DNA of 64,000 nt from Sedimentisphaerales bacterium (GCA_963666285.1 OY762711.1); one strand, 5' to 3'. Shown: positions 11,656 to 22,901, counted from the first letter of the stretch. Program-made: numbers and translations. The notes: a model not told the origin generated them from the sequence alone.

Positions 11656-13620
11656 TTACTCTTCCAACTCAGCCAGCTCTTCACCGGCAATAGTCCAGAG
11701 ATCGAAGGTCTGTTCGAGCTCATTCTGGATATTATTCAGTTCTTCTGAATAGATACGCCCCTGCTCATGATTACCAGCGGTAAATGCCTCAGCTGCCAGA
11801 GCTTCTTTTTCCTGTTGAAGTGATTCAAGTTGAGCAATTTTATTTTCCAGGGTTTCGACGGTCTTTTTTGCTTTTCTGAGTTCGGCATTTTTTGCCTTTC
11901 GCTGAGCATGCTGCTGTGCACCGGATTTAGTTTTTTCCAGGGAATCAGTATCTCTCAATTTACCCCTGGAAGAAATACGTCCATCACCTGTATTTTCAGA
12001 GCGATACTTAGCTGTCATTTCCCAATAGGCGGTAAAATTAGCATGATATTCAAATATTTTACGATTGCGAACCTCAGCGACATGAGTAGCGACTTTATCA
12101 AGGAAATATCTATCATGCGAGACAACCAGTAAGGTGCCGTCAAACTGCGAAAGTGCTTCTTCTACTGCTTCGCAGGTATATATATCCAGGTGGTTTGTAG
12201 GTTCATCAAGAATCAGGAAGCTGGGTTGAGTATATAGCAATATTGCCAGCTGAAGCCGATTGCGTTCACCACCAGAAAGGTTTTTAATTTTTTTGTTCAC
12301 AGCTTCATCGGTAAACCTGAAACGAGCCAGAATATCAAATACTTCCTGCTCAGAAATGCCCGGTAAATTGTACAATTCTTCAAAAACGGTATTGTCACTG
12401 TTAAGGATCTCCTGCTGCTGTGAACAATATCCGACAGTTAAGGAAGGGCCAACTCTTATAGTTTCATTGTCCCATTTACCATAATTAACTATGTTTTTTA
12501 ACAAAGTTGTTTTACCACATCCATTTGGACCGACTAAAGCCCAGCGTTGACTGCCCTCCATCTGCCAGCGGGCACTCTCAAATAACACATTTTCGCCAAA
12601 AGCTTTGCTATAATTATTCACCTGTAGGGCAATATCACAACGAGTAGCATCACTATTAAAATTGATACTCATTTTATTGTTAACTTCAACAGGTTTATCA
12701 ACCTTTCTGGACATTTCTTTCTCAAGCTGACTTCTCCTGGCCCGCAAACGCTTACCCCAGGTATTGTCACTGGCATGGCCCTGGGCAATATCGGCAAATT
12801 TCTGGACAAGCTGTTTAAGATGGTCTACTCTCTGCTGCCAGGCTTTATGCTGTGCAGCCTGCGATTTAAGTTTCTCCTCTTTCTGTACGCGGAATGCCGA
12901 GTAATTCCCGGGATAAAAGTCAACTTTGCCATTTTCGAGTTCCAGAATACCATTTACGGCCCTGTCTAACAAATACCTGTTATGCGATACAATTATAACA
13001 GCTCCCCTAAATTTACAAATAAAGTCATCCAGCCAGGCGAGGCCCTGATAGTCCAGGTGGTTTCCCGGCTCATCCAGTATCAACAGATTGGGATCGGCAA
13101 GCAGAGCCCGAGTCATACATAATACATTTCTCTCGCCGCCAGAAAGCTGCCTGGCCGGCTGATCGCATTTATCATTTAATCCTAGCGCATTTACAAGCCC
13201 TTCCGCACGCTGCGGATAGTGATCACCTCCGATATGATCGAACTGATCACGGATTTTCTGATATTTAGCCATAGCATTACCATGCTCAGCTTCATCAGAT
13301 TGGGCCATTAATTGCTCAGCATCTCTAAGCTGTTTATTAAGATATTCATATTCCTCAAGCAGATATTCCAGTACCGTTCTATCGTCATCAATCTCTACAT
13401 GCTGAGGAACATAGCCAATCCGGACATCAGTACCAATCTGTACTTTACCGCTATCAGGCTGGATTATATTATTGATAATATTCAGAATGGTTGATTTGCC
13501 GGAACCATTTGCCCCGATTAAACCAATTTTATGATTGGCGTTGACCTCAAAACATGCGTTATCCAGAACAGTTTTGCCGGAAAATTCTTTGTTTATATTC
13601 TTAAATTCTAATATTGCCAT
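11656..13620 (-). CDS. ABC-F family ATPase
   Basis: Two ABC domains (GANGSGKS, GPNGCGKT, two LSGGE, LDEP.NHLD), no transmembrane helices, C-terminal coiled coil. Confidence 0.92.
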   Translation of the reverse strand: MAILEFKNINKEFSGKTVLDNACFEVNANHKIGLIGANGSGKSTILNIINNIIQPDSGKVQIGTDVRIGYVPQHVEIDDDRTVLEYLLEEYEYLNKQLRDAEQLMAQSDEAEHGNAMAKYQKIRDQFDHIGGDHYPQRAEGLVNALGLNDKCDQPARQLSGGERNVLCMTRALLADPNLLILDEPGNHLDYQGLAWLDDFICKFRGAVIIVSHNRYLLDRAVNGILELENGKVDFYPGNYSAFRVQKEEKLKSQAAQHKAWQQRVDHLKQLVQKFADIAQGHASDNTWGKRLRARRSQLEKEMSRKVDKPVEVNNKMSINFNSDATRCDIALQVNNYSKAFGENVLFESARWQMEGSQRWALVGPNGCGKTTLLKNIVNYGKWDNETIRVGPSLTVGYCSQQQEILNSDNTVFEELYNLPGISEQEVFDILARFRFTDEAVNKKIKNLSGGERNRLQLAILLYTQPSFLILDEPTNHLDIYTCEAVEEALSQFDGTLLVVSHDRYFLDKVATHVAEVRNRKIFEYHANFTAYWEMTAKYRSENTGDGRISSRGKLRDTDSLEKTKSGAQQHAQRKAKNAELRKAKKTVETLENKIAQLESLQQEKEALAAEAFTAGNHEQGRIYSEELNNIQNELEQTFDLWTIAGEELAELEE

Positions 13621-13638
13621 GATATGTAACTACGCTGC

Positions 13639-15072
13639 CTATTCTTCAATTAATGATGATATCTGCCTTGGATTAGTGTCAACAGGCTGTAACTCAATTA
13701 TTTTTTTACTAGAGGAGACACCAAGCTCATTAAAACGCCTGGCAGAAACTAATATCCTGCTCTCAAGAGAGCCAACAGACTTATTGTAAGCAGAAACAGC
13801 CCGATCAAGCCCTTTTCTCATTTCATCCAAATGGCCGGACATCTGACTGATGCGTTCATACAGCTGCTGGCCAAGTTCACATATTTTACGGGCATTCTCG
13901 GCTATTTGTTCTTGTCGCCAGCCATAGGCAACGGCTTTCAACATGGCAATAAGAGTGGTAGGAGTAGCAATAATGACATTCTGGCTGATGCCATATTCTA
14001 TTATTTCAGGGTCTCGCTCCAAAGCGGCACTAAAGAATGATTCGCCAGGAATAAACAGGACTACAAATTCAGGACTGCTGCCTAAATTATTCCAATAAGC
14101 TTTGCTGCCCAATAACTTAAAGTGTTCTCTAACTTGACGGGCATGGTCTTTCAGGAGAGACTCTCTGACAGAATGGTCTTCTGTTTCAATAGATTTCAGG
14201 TATGCTGAAAGAGGTACTTTAGAATCAACAGCAAGGCACTTACCGCCCGGCAGTTTGACTATCATATCAGGCCGTAACCTGTTACCTTCGTCATCATGAG
14301 TAGTGTACTGATTAACAAAATCACAATATTCCAGCATGCCGGCAAGTTCAGCTACGCGTTGCAGCTGCATTTCTCCCCAGCGTCCCCTGCCTTCTGGCCG
14401 GCGAAGAGCCTGAACAAGGTTGGTTGTTTCCAGATTTAATTTCTTTTGACCGTCGGCCAGCTCTTTAACCTGTTGTGACAGCCCGGCATAAGCCTGGGTC
14501 CTGGTTTTTTCGAGTTCTCGAAGATGCACGTCAACCTTAGATAATGTTTCCTTAACCGGGGTAATCATCTTATCGCCGGCCATTTCAACAAAAGACTTAT
14601 TATTTTCTTTTAAAGCTTCATTTGATAACGCTTTGAAAGTGTTAACCATTTCCTCCCTGGCAGACTGAACAAGCTTGATCTTTTCCTCAGCGTTTTTCTT
14701 CTCTTCTTGCGCCCTGGTAGATACTTCAGCAATTTTTTCCTTTAAACATGATAATTCAACCTGAGCATCACTTAATTGCTTTTGAAGAGTCTCAACCTGA
14801 GAACCAGTATTTTCGGCACTGCTGCGAAGTTCGATTTCCTTTTGTAACTTCTGGTTCAATTCAGATATTTGAGATTTAGAAGTATCAAGCTCAGCCATGA
14901 GTTCAGATATTCTGTTCTCTTTATCTGTTATACGCTGCAAATTGAAATCATCAGCAATTCTGGATTTTTCAGTTTCAGCCTGCCGGAGAACATTTATTTT
15001 TGTCCTGAAAATGAACCAGCTTACTAATAGGCCGGCACACAGGCCTGAAAACAAGTACAGTAATTCAGCCAT
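13639..15072 (-). CDS. rmuC: DNA recombination protein RmuC
   Basis: N-terminal TM helix and coiled coil; RGRWGEMQL, RPD, VDSKVP and IATPTTL motifs. Confidence 0.93.
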   Translation of the reverse strand: MAELLYLFSGLCAGLLVSWFIFRTKINVLRQAETEKSRIADDFNLQRITDKENRISELMAELDTSKSQISELNQKLQKEIELRSSAENTGSQVETLQKQLSDAQVELSCLKEKIAEVSTRAQEEKKNAEEKIKLVQSAREEMVNTFKALSNEALKENNKSFVEMAGDKMITPVKETLSKVDVHLRELEKTRTQAYAGLSQQVKELADGQKKLNLETTNLVQALRRPEGRGRWGEMQLQRVAELAGMLEYCDFVNQYTTHDDEGNRLRPDMIVKLPGGKCLAVDSKVPLSAYLKSIETEDHSVRESLLKDHARQVREHFKLLGSKAYWNNLGSSPEFVVLFIPGESFFSAALERDPEIIEYGISQNVIIATPTTLIAMLKAVAYGWRQEQIAENARKICELGQQLYERISQMSGHLDEMRKGLDRAVSAYNKSVGSLESRILVSARRFNELGVSSSKKIIELQPVDTNPRQISSLIEE

Positions 15073-15283
15073 TTTCTCTATTCCATTGGTATATATATAT
15101 TTACAATCAACAATAAACCAATATTATAAAGCAATCAACTCAAAATCTCCACAAAAAATCGGGACTATAATAAAGAATAAAGATATCACAAAATCATTTG
15201 ACAGAATAATGCAAGTTGTTGATAATATGAACTTTAAGTGAATTTGATTATATATAAATATAATATTCAGACTGGAGTATGAA

Positions 15284-17029
15284 ATGTCATCACAAATATG
15301 CGGCCCGAATCAGGATAGTTTAACACCATATAAATCACGCCAATTTGTGCCGGGATGTGCAGATCTGACTTGCCCTGAAACGATAAAAGATCTCTACCAG
15401 AGATTAATAGATTGTAAGATTGACTCATCAGACGATCTTGAACGTTTCCTGCTAAACAGGTCCGAACTTTCTGCTTCGGTTGGCCAAACACATTCTCTTC
15501 TTCATGTAATGATGACATGTAAAACAGAAGATAAAACTACAGTCGAAGCATACCAGCATTTCACAGAAAAGGTTGTGCCGGTAATGAAACCTCTGGAAGA
15601 TAAGCTTGACAGGAAATACCTTGAAGCACGGGAAAGATTTCCAGACAAATACGGCCATTATGACCTGCATGACCTGCACCTGAAAACAGATATAGAGTTG
15701 TTTAGAGAAGAAAATATAGAATTGGGTACAAAAGAGTCGCTGCTGAGCCAGGAATACCAGCAAGTATGTGGTGCAATGACAGTAGAGTTTGAAGGTGAAG
15801 AGAAGACTTTGCCTATGATGCGTAAATATTTGCTTGAAAATGATCGCGATATTCGTGAAAAAGCCTGGCGAGCAGAATGGCAAAGAAGAATTCAGGATGC
15901 AGAAAAGCTTGATTCTATATTTGACCAGTTATTTGAAACCAGGAAACAAATCGCTCAAAATTGCGGTTTTGATAATTTCAGGGATTTTCGATATAAAGAA
16001 TGGTACAGATTTGATTATACACCTGACAATTGCCGGGAATTTCATGCCGCAGTTGAGAATCTGGTAGTTCCTATGGTACGTAAAGAACTGGAAGAGCGAA
16101 AGAAACAATTAGGGGTTGATAAACTGCGTCCATGGGATCTGGCTTGTGACCCGGAAGGACGCGCCCCACTAAAACCGTTCGATACCGCCGAAGAACTGAT
16201 AGGTGGATGCCTCCGCATATTTAATAAAGTCGATAAAGAGCTTGGCAATCAATTTGAAAGTATGGTTAAAGATGGCCTGCTCGACCTGGCTACCCGCAAA
16301 GGCAAAGCCCCCGGAGGCTACCAGGCAACTATGCTGGAAGCAAGAAAACCGTTCATATTTATGAATGCTGCCGGTACCAATAGTGATTTAACTACTTTGT
16401 TGCATGAGGGCGGACACGCTTTCCATATGTTTGCCAGCCGTCACCTTGACCCAATAAGTTACCGCCATGGGCCAATGGAATTCTGTGAGGTAGCATCTAT
16501 GTCAATGGAATTGCTAGCTCTGCCATATATAAGCGAATTCTATGGTCCTGCCGAGCAAAAGCGGGCTACAATAGACCATTTTCAACGAATATTAGAACTA
16601 TTATGCTGGATATCAACGGTTGATTGTTTCCAGCATGAACTTTATGAAAATCCCGGACTGGATATTGAAGGACGGCATAAAAAATGGCAGGAAGTCACCA
16701 GCAGATTTGGCGACGGAGGCTTGATCGACTGGGAAGGACTTGAACAAGAGAAAAAATATCAGTGGCATCGTCAGATACATGTATTCCAGTATCCACTATA
16801 TTATATGGAATACGGAATAGCACAGCTAGGCGCCCTGGGAATCTGGCTTCAAACCAAAAATGATCCAGGTATCGCATTGAAAAATTATAAAAATGCACTG
16901 AGTTTAGGCGGATCAAAATCATTAAAAGAGCTGTTTGAAGCAGCAGAATTAAAATTTGGTATGGGAGAAGAAACATTCAAGCCACTGATTGATGCTATTT
17001 CTAGTGAACTCGAAAAGCTGAATGATTAG
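15284..17029 (+). CDS. M3 family oligoendopeptidase (PepF-like)
   Basis: HEGGH zinc motif; KGKAPGGY and EVASMSME. Confidence 0.9.
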   Translation: MSSQICGPNQDSLTPYKSRQFVPGCADLTCPETIKDLYQRLIDCKIDSSDDLERFLLNRSELSASVGQTHSLLHVMMTCKTEDKTTVEAYQHFTEKVVPVMKPLEDKLDRKYLEARERFPDKYGHYDLHDLHLKTDIELFREENIELGTKESLLSQEYQQVCGAMTVEFEGEEKTLPMMRKYLLENDRDIREKAWRAEWQRRIQDAEKLDSIFDQLFETRKQIAQNCGFDNFRDFRYKEWYRFDYTPDNCREFHAAVENLVVPMVRKELEERKKQLGVDKLRPWDLACDPEGRAPLKPFDTAEELIGGCLRIFNKVDKELGNQFESMVKDGLLDLATRKGKAPGGYQATMLEARKPFIFMNAAGTNSDLTTLLHEGGHAFHMFASRHLDPISYRHGPMEFCEVASMSMELLALPYISEFYGPAEQKRATIDHFQRILELLCWISTVDCFQHELYENPGLDIEGRHKKWQEVTSRFGDGGLIDWEGLEQEKKYQWHRQIHVFQYPLYYMEYGIAQLGALGIWLQTKNDPGIALKNYKNALSLGGSKSLKELFEAAELKFGMGEETFKPLIDAISSELEKLND

Positions 17030-17638
17030 TTAAGCAGGTTCGAAGTCGAATTCCGCTTGAGTGTTTGAGCAGCTATCAACTTCCAGCAGCTCTTCCTCTT
17101 CATATTCGACTTCTTCAGCGATACGTGGCCTTGAGGCTTGCTGTTTTTCCAGTTTTTCAGCACGTTTCTGAACAACTTTTAGAATTTTACATATTTGCTT
17201 TGCCAGGGATTTACTTTTATGGCCCCCTTTGACGGATCTGCCATAATATATAGTAAGAGTAAAATCGAACTGATTCAGATCGTCAAGTAACAAAGTTATA
17301 TATATTTTTGTATATTCAGATTTTGAGGTAAAAAAGGAGTTAAAATAATATTTTATGCCGGAGGAAGGCGGCTTTGCAGAAGTTTCTTCCAACTCGAACT
17401 CAAGCAGCTGCCTGTAATCTATGACCTGTACCCCTTTGAACGCTCTTAGCAGGCATATCTTATTCTGTTTGGCATCAATAGCAAGAGCTGAAGAGTGATC
17501 ACAAGAAATCCACCAGTTTTTATCGAAATCAAAATCTGTTAATGAATCCAAAGCTGCATCAAGGTCAGGAAAATCCTTTCGCTTATCCTGCCAGATTGCA
17601 AAGACCAGCATAAAAAATGAAATTAGATATGCTATCAT
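17030..17638 (-). CDS. hypothetical protein with N-terminal membrane anchor
   Basis: 202-aa ORF in line with the ddl operon. Confidence 0.6.
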   Translation of the reverse strand: MIAYLISFFMLVFAIWQDKRKDFPDLDAALDSLTDFDFDKNWWISCDHSSALAIDAKQNKICLLRAFKGVQVIDYRQLLEFELEETSAKPPSSGIKYYFNSFFTSKSEYTKIYITLLLDDLNQFDFTLTIYYGRSVKGGHKSKSLAKQICKILKVVQKRAEKLEKQQASRPRIAEEVEYEEEELLEVDSCSNTQAEFDFEPA

Positions 17639-17649
17639 ATAAAAACCTT

Positions 17650-18546
17650 CTATTGATGATTACGCAACTCAATTCCAGAAGTATTTATATCCAAAGTGCC
17701 GTAATCTCTAAAATCACGGTATAATCTGGTTAGTTTGGTAGTAAAATCAGCTTCCCAATACGCCTTTTCACGCCCAACGGCAGCCCCCCAACGAATCTGG
17801 GTATCTTTATGTGTGTATAAATTAATGTGAGAAATGGATGGATCGTTACGCCCTTCAAAATTTGAAACATCAATAACAGCTAATTCTGTCCAGATAGCAT
17901 CAGAATTATTGGTTAAATTATTGTCAACAAACTGGATTTTTTTCAAAATATCCAAAGCAGCTAAAATGTCGGATTGTTTTACCTGCATACCGGGCTTTGG
18001 TAATGCCTGGCGACTACCTTTAATACATACCAAATGTCTGTCAATCGGAGCATAGGGAATTACAATACCTTCCGAATCAATATAATATATCTGGTCTCCT
18101 TTTATCATTTTTGCAACCGGGCATCTAAGCGAATAGTCAAATTGAATAATACCGCTATAGCATTTTCGTACAGAGTTGACAGACTCTACCCACGGATTGA
18201 CCGATATGGATTTATATGCTTTATTTACCAGATCGTCGTCTAATAAGAAGTCGTCAGAATTGATACCAGAAGATAAATTGATATCAGAAATAAGTTCAAG
18301 AGGAGCCCAAGTTGGCTTTTCACCTACAAATTCTAATTCAATACTAATACTTCGTTCTGCAGCAACATTTTTTACATAGCCTTCTAAATATCCCAAACCA
18401 ACAGCAATCCCGGTTAAGACAAATACTGAAGGAAGAAAAATAAAAAGGAACTTCCTCATCAATAAAAAGCGTGTGCCGGTAAACATAGCCTTTATACCGG
18501 CAAAATAATCATTTTTCTTTTTCTTTGTTTTCTTTTTTCTAGCCAT
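17650..18546 (-). CDS. FtsQ/DivIB-like bitopic membrane protein
   Basis: Basic N-terminus, one TM helix, POTRA-like PWVESVNSVRK...RCPVA...YYIDSEG; directly after ddl. Confidence 0.6.
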   Translation of the reverse strand: MARKKKTKKKKNDYFAGIKAMFTGTRFLLMRKFLFIFLPSVFVLTGIAVGLGYLEGYVKNVAAERSISIELEFVGEKPTWAPLELISDINLSSGINSDDFLLDDDLVNKAYKSISVNPWVESVNSVRKCYSGIIQFDYSLRCPVAKMIKGDQIYYIDSEGIVIPYAPIDRHLVCIKGSRQALPKPGMQVKQSDILAALDILKKIQFVDNNLTNNSDAIWTELAVIDVSNFEGRNDPSISHINLYTHKDTQIRWGAAVGREKAYWEADFTTKLTRLYRDFRDYGTLDINTSGIELRNHQ

Positions 18547-18549
18547 AAA

Positions 18550-19521
18550 TTATATTATCGGCCGACCGGCAGCATTTTGTACAATTTTATCACATAATTC
18601 CGGCATAGAAATCCCAATTTTTTGTGCAGCCTTAGGAACAAGTGAGTGGTCTGTAAAACCAGGTAAAGTATTGACTTCCATTAATTCAGGCTCAGAACCA
18701 GATTCCATCATAAAATCGATACGAGTCAGATCTTTACAACCAAGCAATTGGTATGCCCTAAGAGCAGAGCTGCACATTGCATTTTTTGCATCCTCAGATA
18801 AATCAACATCATATTCATATCTGGTATCATCCCTCTGGTATTTTGCTTCATAATCATAAAAATCAACAGCCGGCAATATTTGAATAATTGGCAATACCTG
18901 GTCACAGACAATACCAACAGTGTATTCATTGCCAGAATTGAATTTTTCAGCAAGGCAATCGCCAAATCTATCAAAATATGTTTCCAAAATCGAGGTTAAT
19001 TCACTAATATCATTAACTTTATATACGCCAACGCTACTGCCGTCAGAAACAGGTTTTAATACAATAGGTAAGCCCATCTCTGAAATTAGCTTTTCAGCGG
19101 TTTCGGCAAAAGGCAATTGTGAATAATCGTCAGCAGGTAACAATTTTCCTTTTGTAACTGAGATTCCATTCTGCTCAAATAGCAATTTAGATGCCCATTT
19201 GTCCATTGCCAATGAACTTGCCTTGCTGCCACTGCCGACAAAAGGAATCTTTTTCTCTTCGAGTATTTTCTGCAACTGTCCATCTTCGCCAAAAACGCCA
19301 TGCAGTACTGGAAAAACGATATCGTAGTCATTTTTATCCAAGGCTGTCAGATTATCAGGAGAAATGTCAGCTGTAATAACCGTATGCCCGGCAGTAATTA
19401 AGGCATCAGCTACAGATTTACCGCTGGAAAGAGAAACTTCACGTTCATTACTGATACCACCAGCTAAAACAAGGATTTTAAGCGGATTTGACGTATGAAA
19501 TACTGACATTATTTCCTCCAT
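18550..19521 (-). CDS. ddl: D-alanine--D-alanine ligase
   Basis: GGISNEREVSL, LHGVFGEDG, FYDYEAKY and EVNTLPG. Confidence 0.96.
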   Translation of the reverse strand: MEEIMSVFHTSNPLKILVLAGGISNEREVSLSSGKSVADALITAGHTVITADISPDNLTALDKNDYDIVFPVLHGVFGEDGQLQKILEEKKIPFVGSGSKASSLAMDKWASKLLFEQNGISVTKGKLLPADDYSQLPFAETAEKLISEMGLPIVLKPVSDGSSVGVYKVNDISELTSILETYFDRFGDCLAEKFNSGNEYTVGIVCDQVLPIIQILPAVDFYDYEAKYQRDDTRYEYDVDLSEDAKNAMCSSALRAYQLLGCKDLTRIDFMMESGSEPELMEVNTLPGFTDHSLVPKAAQKIGISMPELCDKIVQNAAGRPII

Positions 19522-19723
19522 GAAATAATTGTGCGGTTACGCACTTTTGACTGTTCAACATTACACGCAAAGGCCGAAACAGGGCCTTGTTAATTAATAA
19601 TTTACATTTAATTGTATTTCTAAGCTTATTTCTAAAAAGTATATTTAATATGTTACAGGAAGGTCCTTTTAGGCGATTTTCGCAACATAAAAAACTGTGG
19701 AAGCAACTAATTACAAAAGATAA

Positions 19724-21235
19724 TCAATATACTAATACCTGGACAGTAGCCGATTTTGACCTTATTGAAGCTTTTTCCCTTAACGCTTCGATTCTCTGCT
19801 GGTCGATCTGGTCTATGAGCCCCGGGATTAACTCAAGGAACGGTATTACAAACGACATTTTTGTAACAAAATGCCTTTGTACCGGCCATTTGTCACTTTC
19901 CGACTGACCGGGTTCACCTTCAAATTCAGAAGCGAAAATCCCTATGACAAAGTCACTTTGCCCAATAACAGCTCCTCCGGCATTACCCGGCCCTGCAGCA
20001 CATTCAACTTGACAGAATCTAATATTAGGTGCAGATTGAGAAATAATATTCTCTTCCTGTGATTTTTGCTTCAAAATAACTTCTTTTTGCTTTCCATATT
20101 GAATACTACTGTCACCAGATAAAGAAATGACTTTACCATTAACAAAATCGGCAGCAGCTGAAGTTTTGACTGCGGTTTTATAACCATAAGTCCAAATAGG
20201 TTCATCCAGTTTAATGTTATAATCCGGGTCAGCTATAGGCAGTGGACGACAATTTACATATCCTTTTATTTTGAGTAATGCAAAATCTACAGTACTGTCA
20301 TACATGACCAGTTCGGCCGGTATGATTCCAAGCTCTGATTTGACCTTAATTTTTTTCGTGTCTCTGATAATATGGTATGAGGTCAGTATATAACCATCCT
20401 TAGTAATAAAAAATCCAGTTCCTCCCCTAACCGGTCCGTCAGGAATAATTTCACTGGAGACATTTTGATTGACAATTCCATCTTTTTTAAGCTCATCTAT
20501 AAAATCACTGGCAAACTTAACGGCTTTTTGTTTTTCATATGTGCTTAAAGATTGCTCAACAACCGATTTCAGAGCTTCAACGTCAATATCATTATATTCC
20601 GCCAGCAAAAGCCATTTATATGCAGAAATATAGTCTTCATTAACACCTTCGGCAACAAGAAATAAGCAGCCAAGAATATATTGAGCCTGACCATCATTGT
20701 TTTTAGCTGCCCTGGAAAACCACAAAACCGCCTTATCGATATCCTTGTCAATACCTATGCCACGATAATACATTAATCCCATGTTATATTGGGCACGAGG
20801 ATATTTTTGTTTTGCAGCTTTATGGAAATAGTCAAATGCCTTTTGATGATTTAAATCAACCCCTTTTCCCTGATAGTATAAATATCCTAGAGTAGTCTGA
20901 CATGCAGGATCGTCCAGTCCTGCACCTTTTTCGAACCAGATCGCAGCTGTTTTATGATCCTGTGCTACCCCTCTACCATTATAATACCTGGAGCCTAATT
21001 CGTAACAAATGTCAGGATCAACATTGTCTGCCTTTGCCAGCTTTATTAATTCATCGTTAGGAATGTCCTGAATAGCCACATCCTTAGGTTCAGCAACCCC
21101 ACCACCAATAGCAAATGGATTAGCAATAGCAGCATAGGCATTGCCAGAAAATAATAAAATAAGATATACAAATGACAAGAAAGTTAAAAAACTAGACGCA
21201 AAATATCTATTATTGGCTGCGACCTGGGTTTTCAT
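19724..21235 (-). CDS. secreted SEL1-repeat protein with a trypsin-like domain (catalytic Ser apparently replaced)
   Basis: Four SEL1-like repeats; GTGFFI, TSYHII, DFALL and GNAGG. Confidence 0.8.
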   Translation of the reverse strand: MKTQVAANNRYFASSFLTFLSFVYLILLFSGNAYAAIANPFAIGGGVAEPKDVAIQDIPNDELIKLAKADNVDPDICYELGSRYYNGRGVAQDHKTAAIWFEKGAGLDDPACQTTLGYLYYQGKGVDLNHQKAFDYFHKAAKQKYPRAQYNMGLMYYRGIGIDKDIDKAVLWFSRAAKNNDGQAQYILGCLFLVAEGVNEDYISAYKWLLLAEYNDIDVEALKSVVEQSLSTYEKQKAVKFASDFIDELKKDGIVNQNVSSEIIPDGPVRGGTGFFITKDGYILTSYHIIRDTKKIKVKSELGIIPAELVMYDSTVDFALLKIKGYVNCRPLPIADPDYNIKLDEPIWTYGYKTAVKTSAAADFVNGKVISLSGDSSIQYGKQKEVILKQKSQEENIISQSAPNIRFCQVECAAGPGNAGGAVIGQSDFVIGIFASEFEGEPGQSESDKWPVQRHFVTKMSFVIPFLELIPGLIDQIDQQRIEALREKASIRSKSATVQVLVY

Positions 21236-21366
21236 AGGGCTTTCCTTAACAGTAATAATAAAGTTTTACTAGTAATTATGCTTACATTATAATATATGAT
21301 TCAAAAGTAAGCAAGTTGAATAATTACACATAAAATATTTAATTACAAATAGATAAAGGAAGAAAG

Positions 21367-21816
21367 ATGCCGGCCTTTAATACTACTGACTATAATATTT
21401 TGCGAAAACAATTTGAAGAGCTGAGAAATGCGACGCCTAATATCGTATCCAGGATGAGTACGCTCGCAGCCTTACTTCACCACAATATGCCCCAAAATTC
21501 ATGGACAGGTTTTTACTTATTGGAAGGTAGTGAATTAATTGTTGGACCATTTCAAGGACTAATTGCATGCCTGAACCTCAAAAAGGATACCGGGGTTTGT
21601 TGGGCATGCGTGAACCAGCAGAAATCCATAGTAGTGGCAAATGTGCACGAATTCCCTGGACACATAGCATGCGATTCAAAAAGCTGCAGTGAAATAGTAA
21701 TTCCATGTTATAGCGATAATAAAATATTTGCGATACTAGATATTGACAGCCATGATTTTAATGCTTTTAACCAGAATGACGCCAATGAACTAGAAAAAAT
21801 AGTATCACTATTGTAA
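21367..21816 (+). CDS. msrC: GAF-domain free methionine-R-sulfoxide reductase
   Basis: GPFQG..AC, GVC, HIACD..S.SEIV and LDIDS. Confidence 0.85.
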   Translation: MPAFNTTDYNILRKQFEELRNATPNIVSRMSTLAALLHHNMPQNSWTGFYLLEGSELIVGPFQGLIACLNLKKDTGVCWACVNQQKSIVVANVHEFPGHIACDSKSCSEIVIPCYSDNKIFAILDIDSHDFNAFNQNDANELEKIVSLL

Positions 21817-21833
21817 TTGTAAAAAGGATAAGA

Positions 21834-22901
21834 ATGACAAAAAAAACAAAAGCAATCAAGGTAGGCCCACTCCATATAGGTGGCAATCATCCCGTTATTG
21901 TTCAAAGCATGACCAATACCTATACGCACGATATTGATAAAACTATTGGCCAGATTAACTTACTGGCTAATTCGGGCTGCGAACTTGTCAGGGTTGCAGT
22001 GCCTAAGCCGGAAGATACTGCTGCTTTGCCTGAAATAATTAAACAGAGCCCTGTACCAATAGTTGCCGATGTGCATTTTCATTATAGAAGAGCAATCGAA
22101 GCGATCGAAGCCGGAGTAGTAAAAATAAGGCTTAATCCCGGCAATATCGCAGACAGGAAACAGGTAGATGAAGTTATAGCGGCATGCAAAATTAACGGAA
22201 CCGCGATAAGGATAGGAGTAAACGAAGGCAGTATTGTTGACCTTAAGGATAAGCAGCAAAAAAAACAGGAACTTCAGCGTCCTATGCCGGAACTGATGGC
22301 GGAGAAAATGGCCGAATACCTTGATATTTTTGATTCAAATAATTTTGACAACTTAGTTTTATCAGCCAAATGCCACGATTCTCAAACCACAATTGCGGTA
22401 AACAGGCTAATCTCGGAGAAATTCGATTTTCCGATACATCTTGGAGTAACGCATGCCGGATTGCCTATGACGGCTGCAATTCGCAGTTCAGTTGCTCTTG
22501 GGGTATTATTAGATGAAGGTATCGGTAATACTATTAGAGTCTCAATTGCGGGTGACCCAAACATAGAACTGCAAGTAGCCTGGGAGATACTCACGTCGCT
22601 CGGATTGAGAAAGCCATGGAAACCGGAACTGATTGTATGCCCTACCTGCGGAAGATGCGAAGTGGATCTGCTTGGAATGGCCGAGAAAGTTGAAAAAGCC
22701 TTGGAATCTGTTAGAAAGCCGGTAAAAATAGCAGTAATGGGTTGTGTTGTAAATGGCCCAGGAGAAGCTGAAGGAGCAGACCTGGCGATTTGTGGAGGCA
22801 AGGATAAGGTAGTTTTGTATAAAAATGGGGAGTTGCTTTGCACTGCAAGTGTAGATGAAGGTATCAGGGTGATGCTGGAGCAGATTTCGTATATGAAATA
22901 A
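21834..22901 (+). CDS. ispG: HMBPP synthase
   Basis: VQSMTNT, RLNPGNI, CPTCGR and MGCVVNGPGEA. Confidence 0.97.
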   Translation: MTKKTKAIKVGPLHIGGNHPVIVQSMTNTYTHDIDKTIGQINLLANSGCELVRVAVPKPEDTAALPEIIKQSPVPIVADVHFHYRRAIEAIEAGVVKIRLNPGNIADRKQVDEVIAACKINGTAIRIGVNEGSIVDLKDKQQKKQELQRPMPELMAEKMAEYLDIFDSNNFDNLVLSAKCHDSQTTIAVNRLISEKFDFPIHLGVTHAGLPMTAAIRSSVALGVLLDEGIGNTIRVSIAGDPNIELQVAWEILTSLGLRKPWKPELIVCPTCGRCEVDLLGMAEKVEKALESVRKPVKIAVMGCVVNGPGEAEGADLAICGGKDKVVLYKNGELLCTASVDEGIRVMLEQISYMK

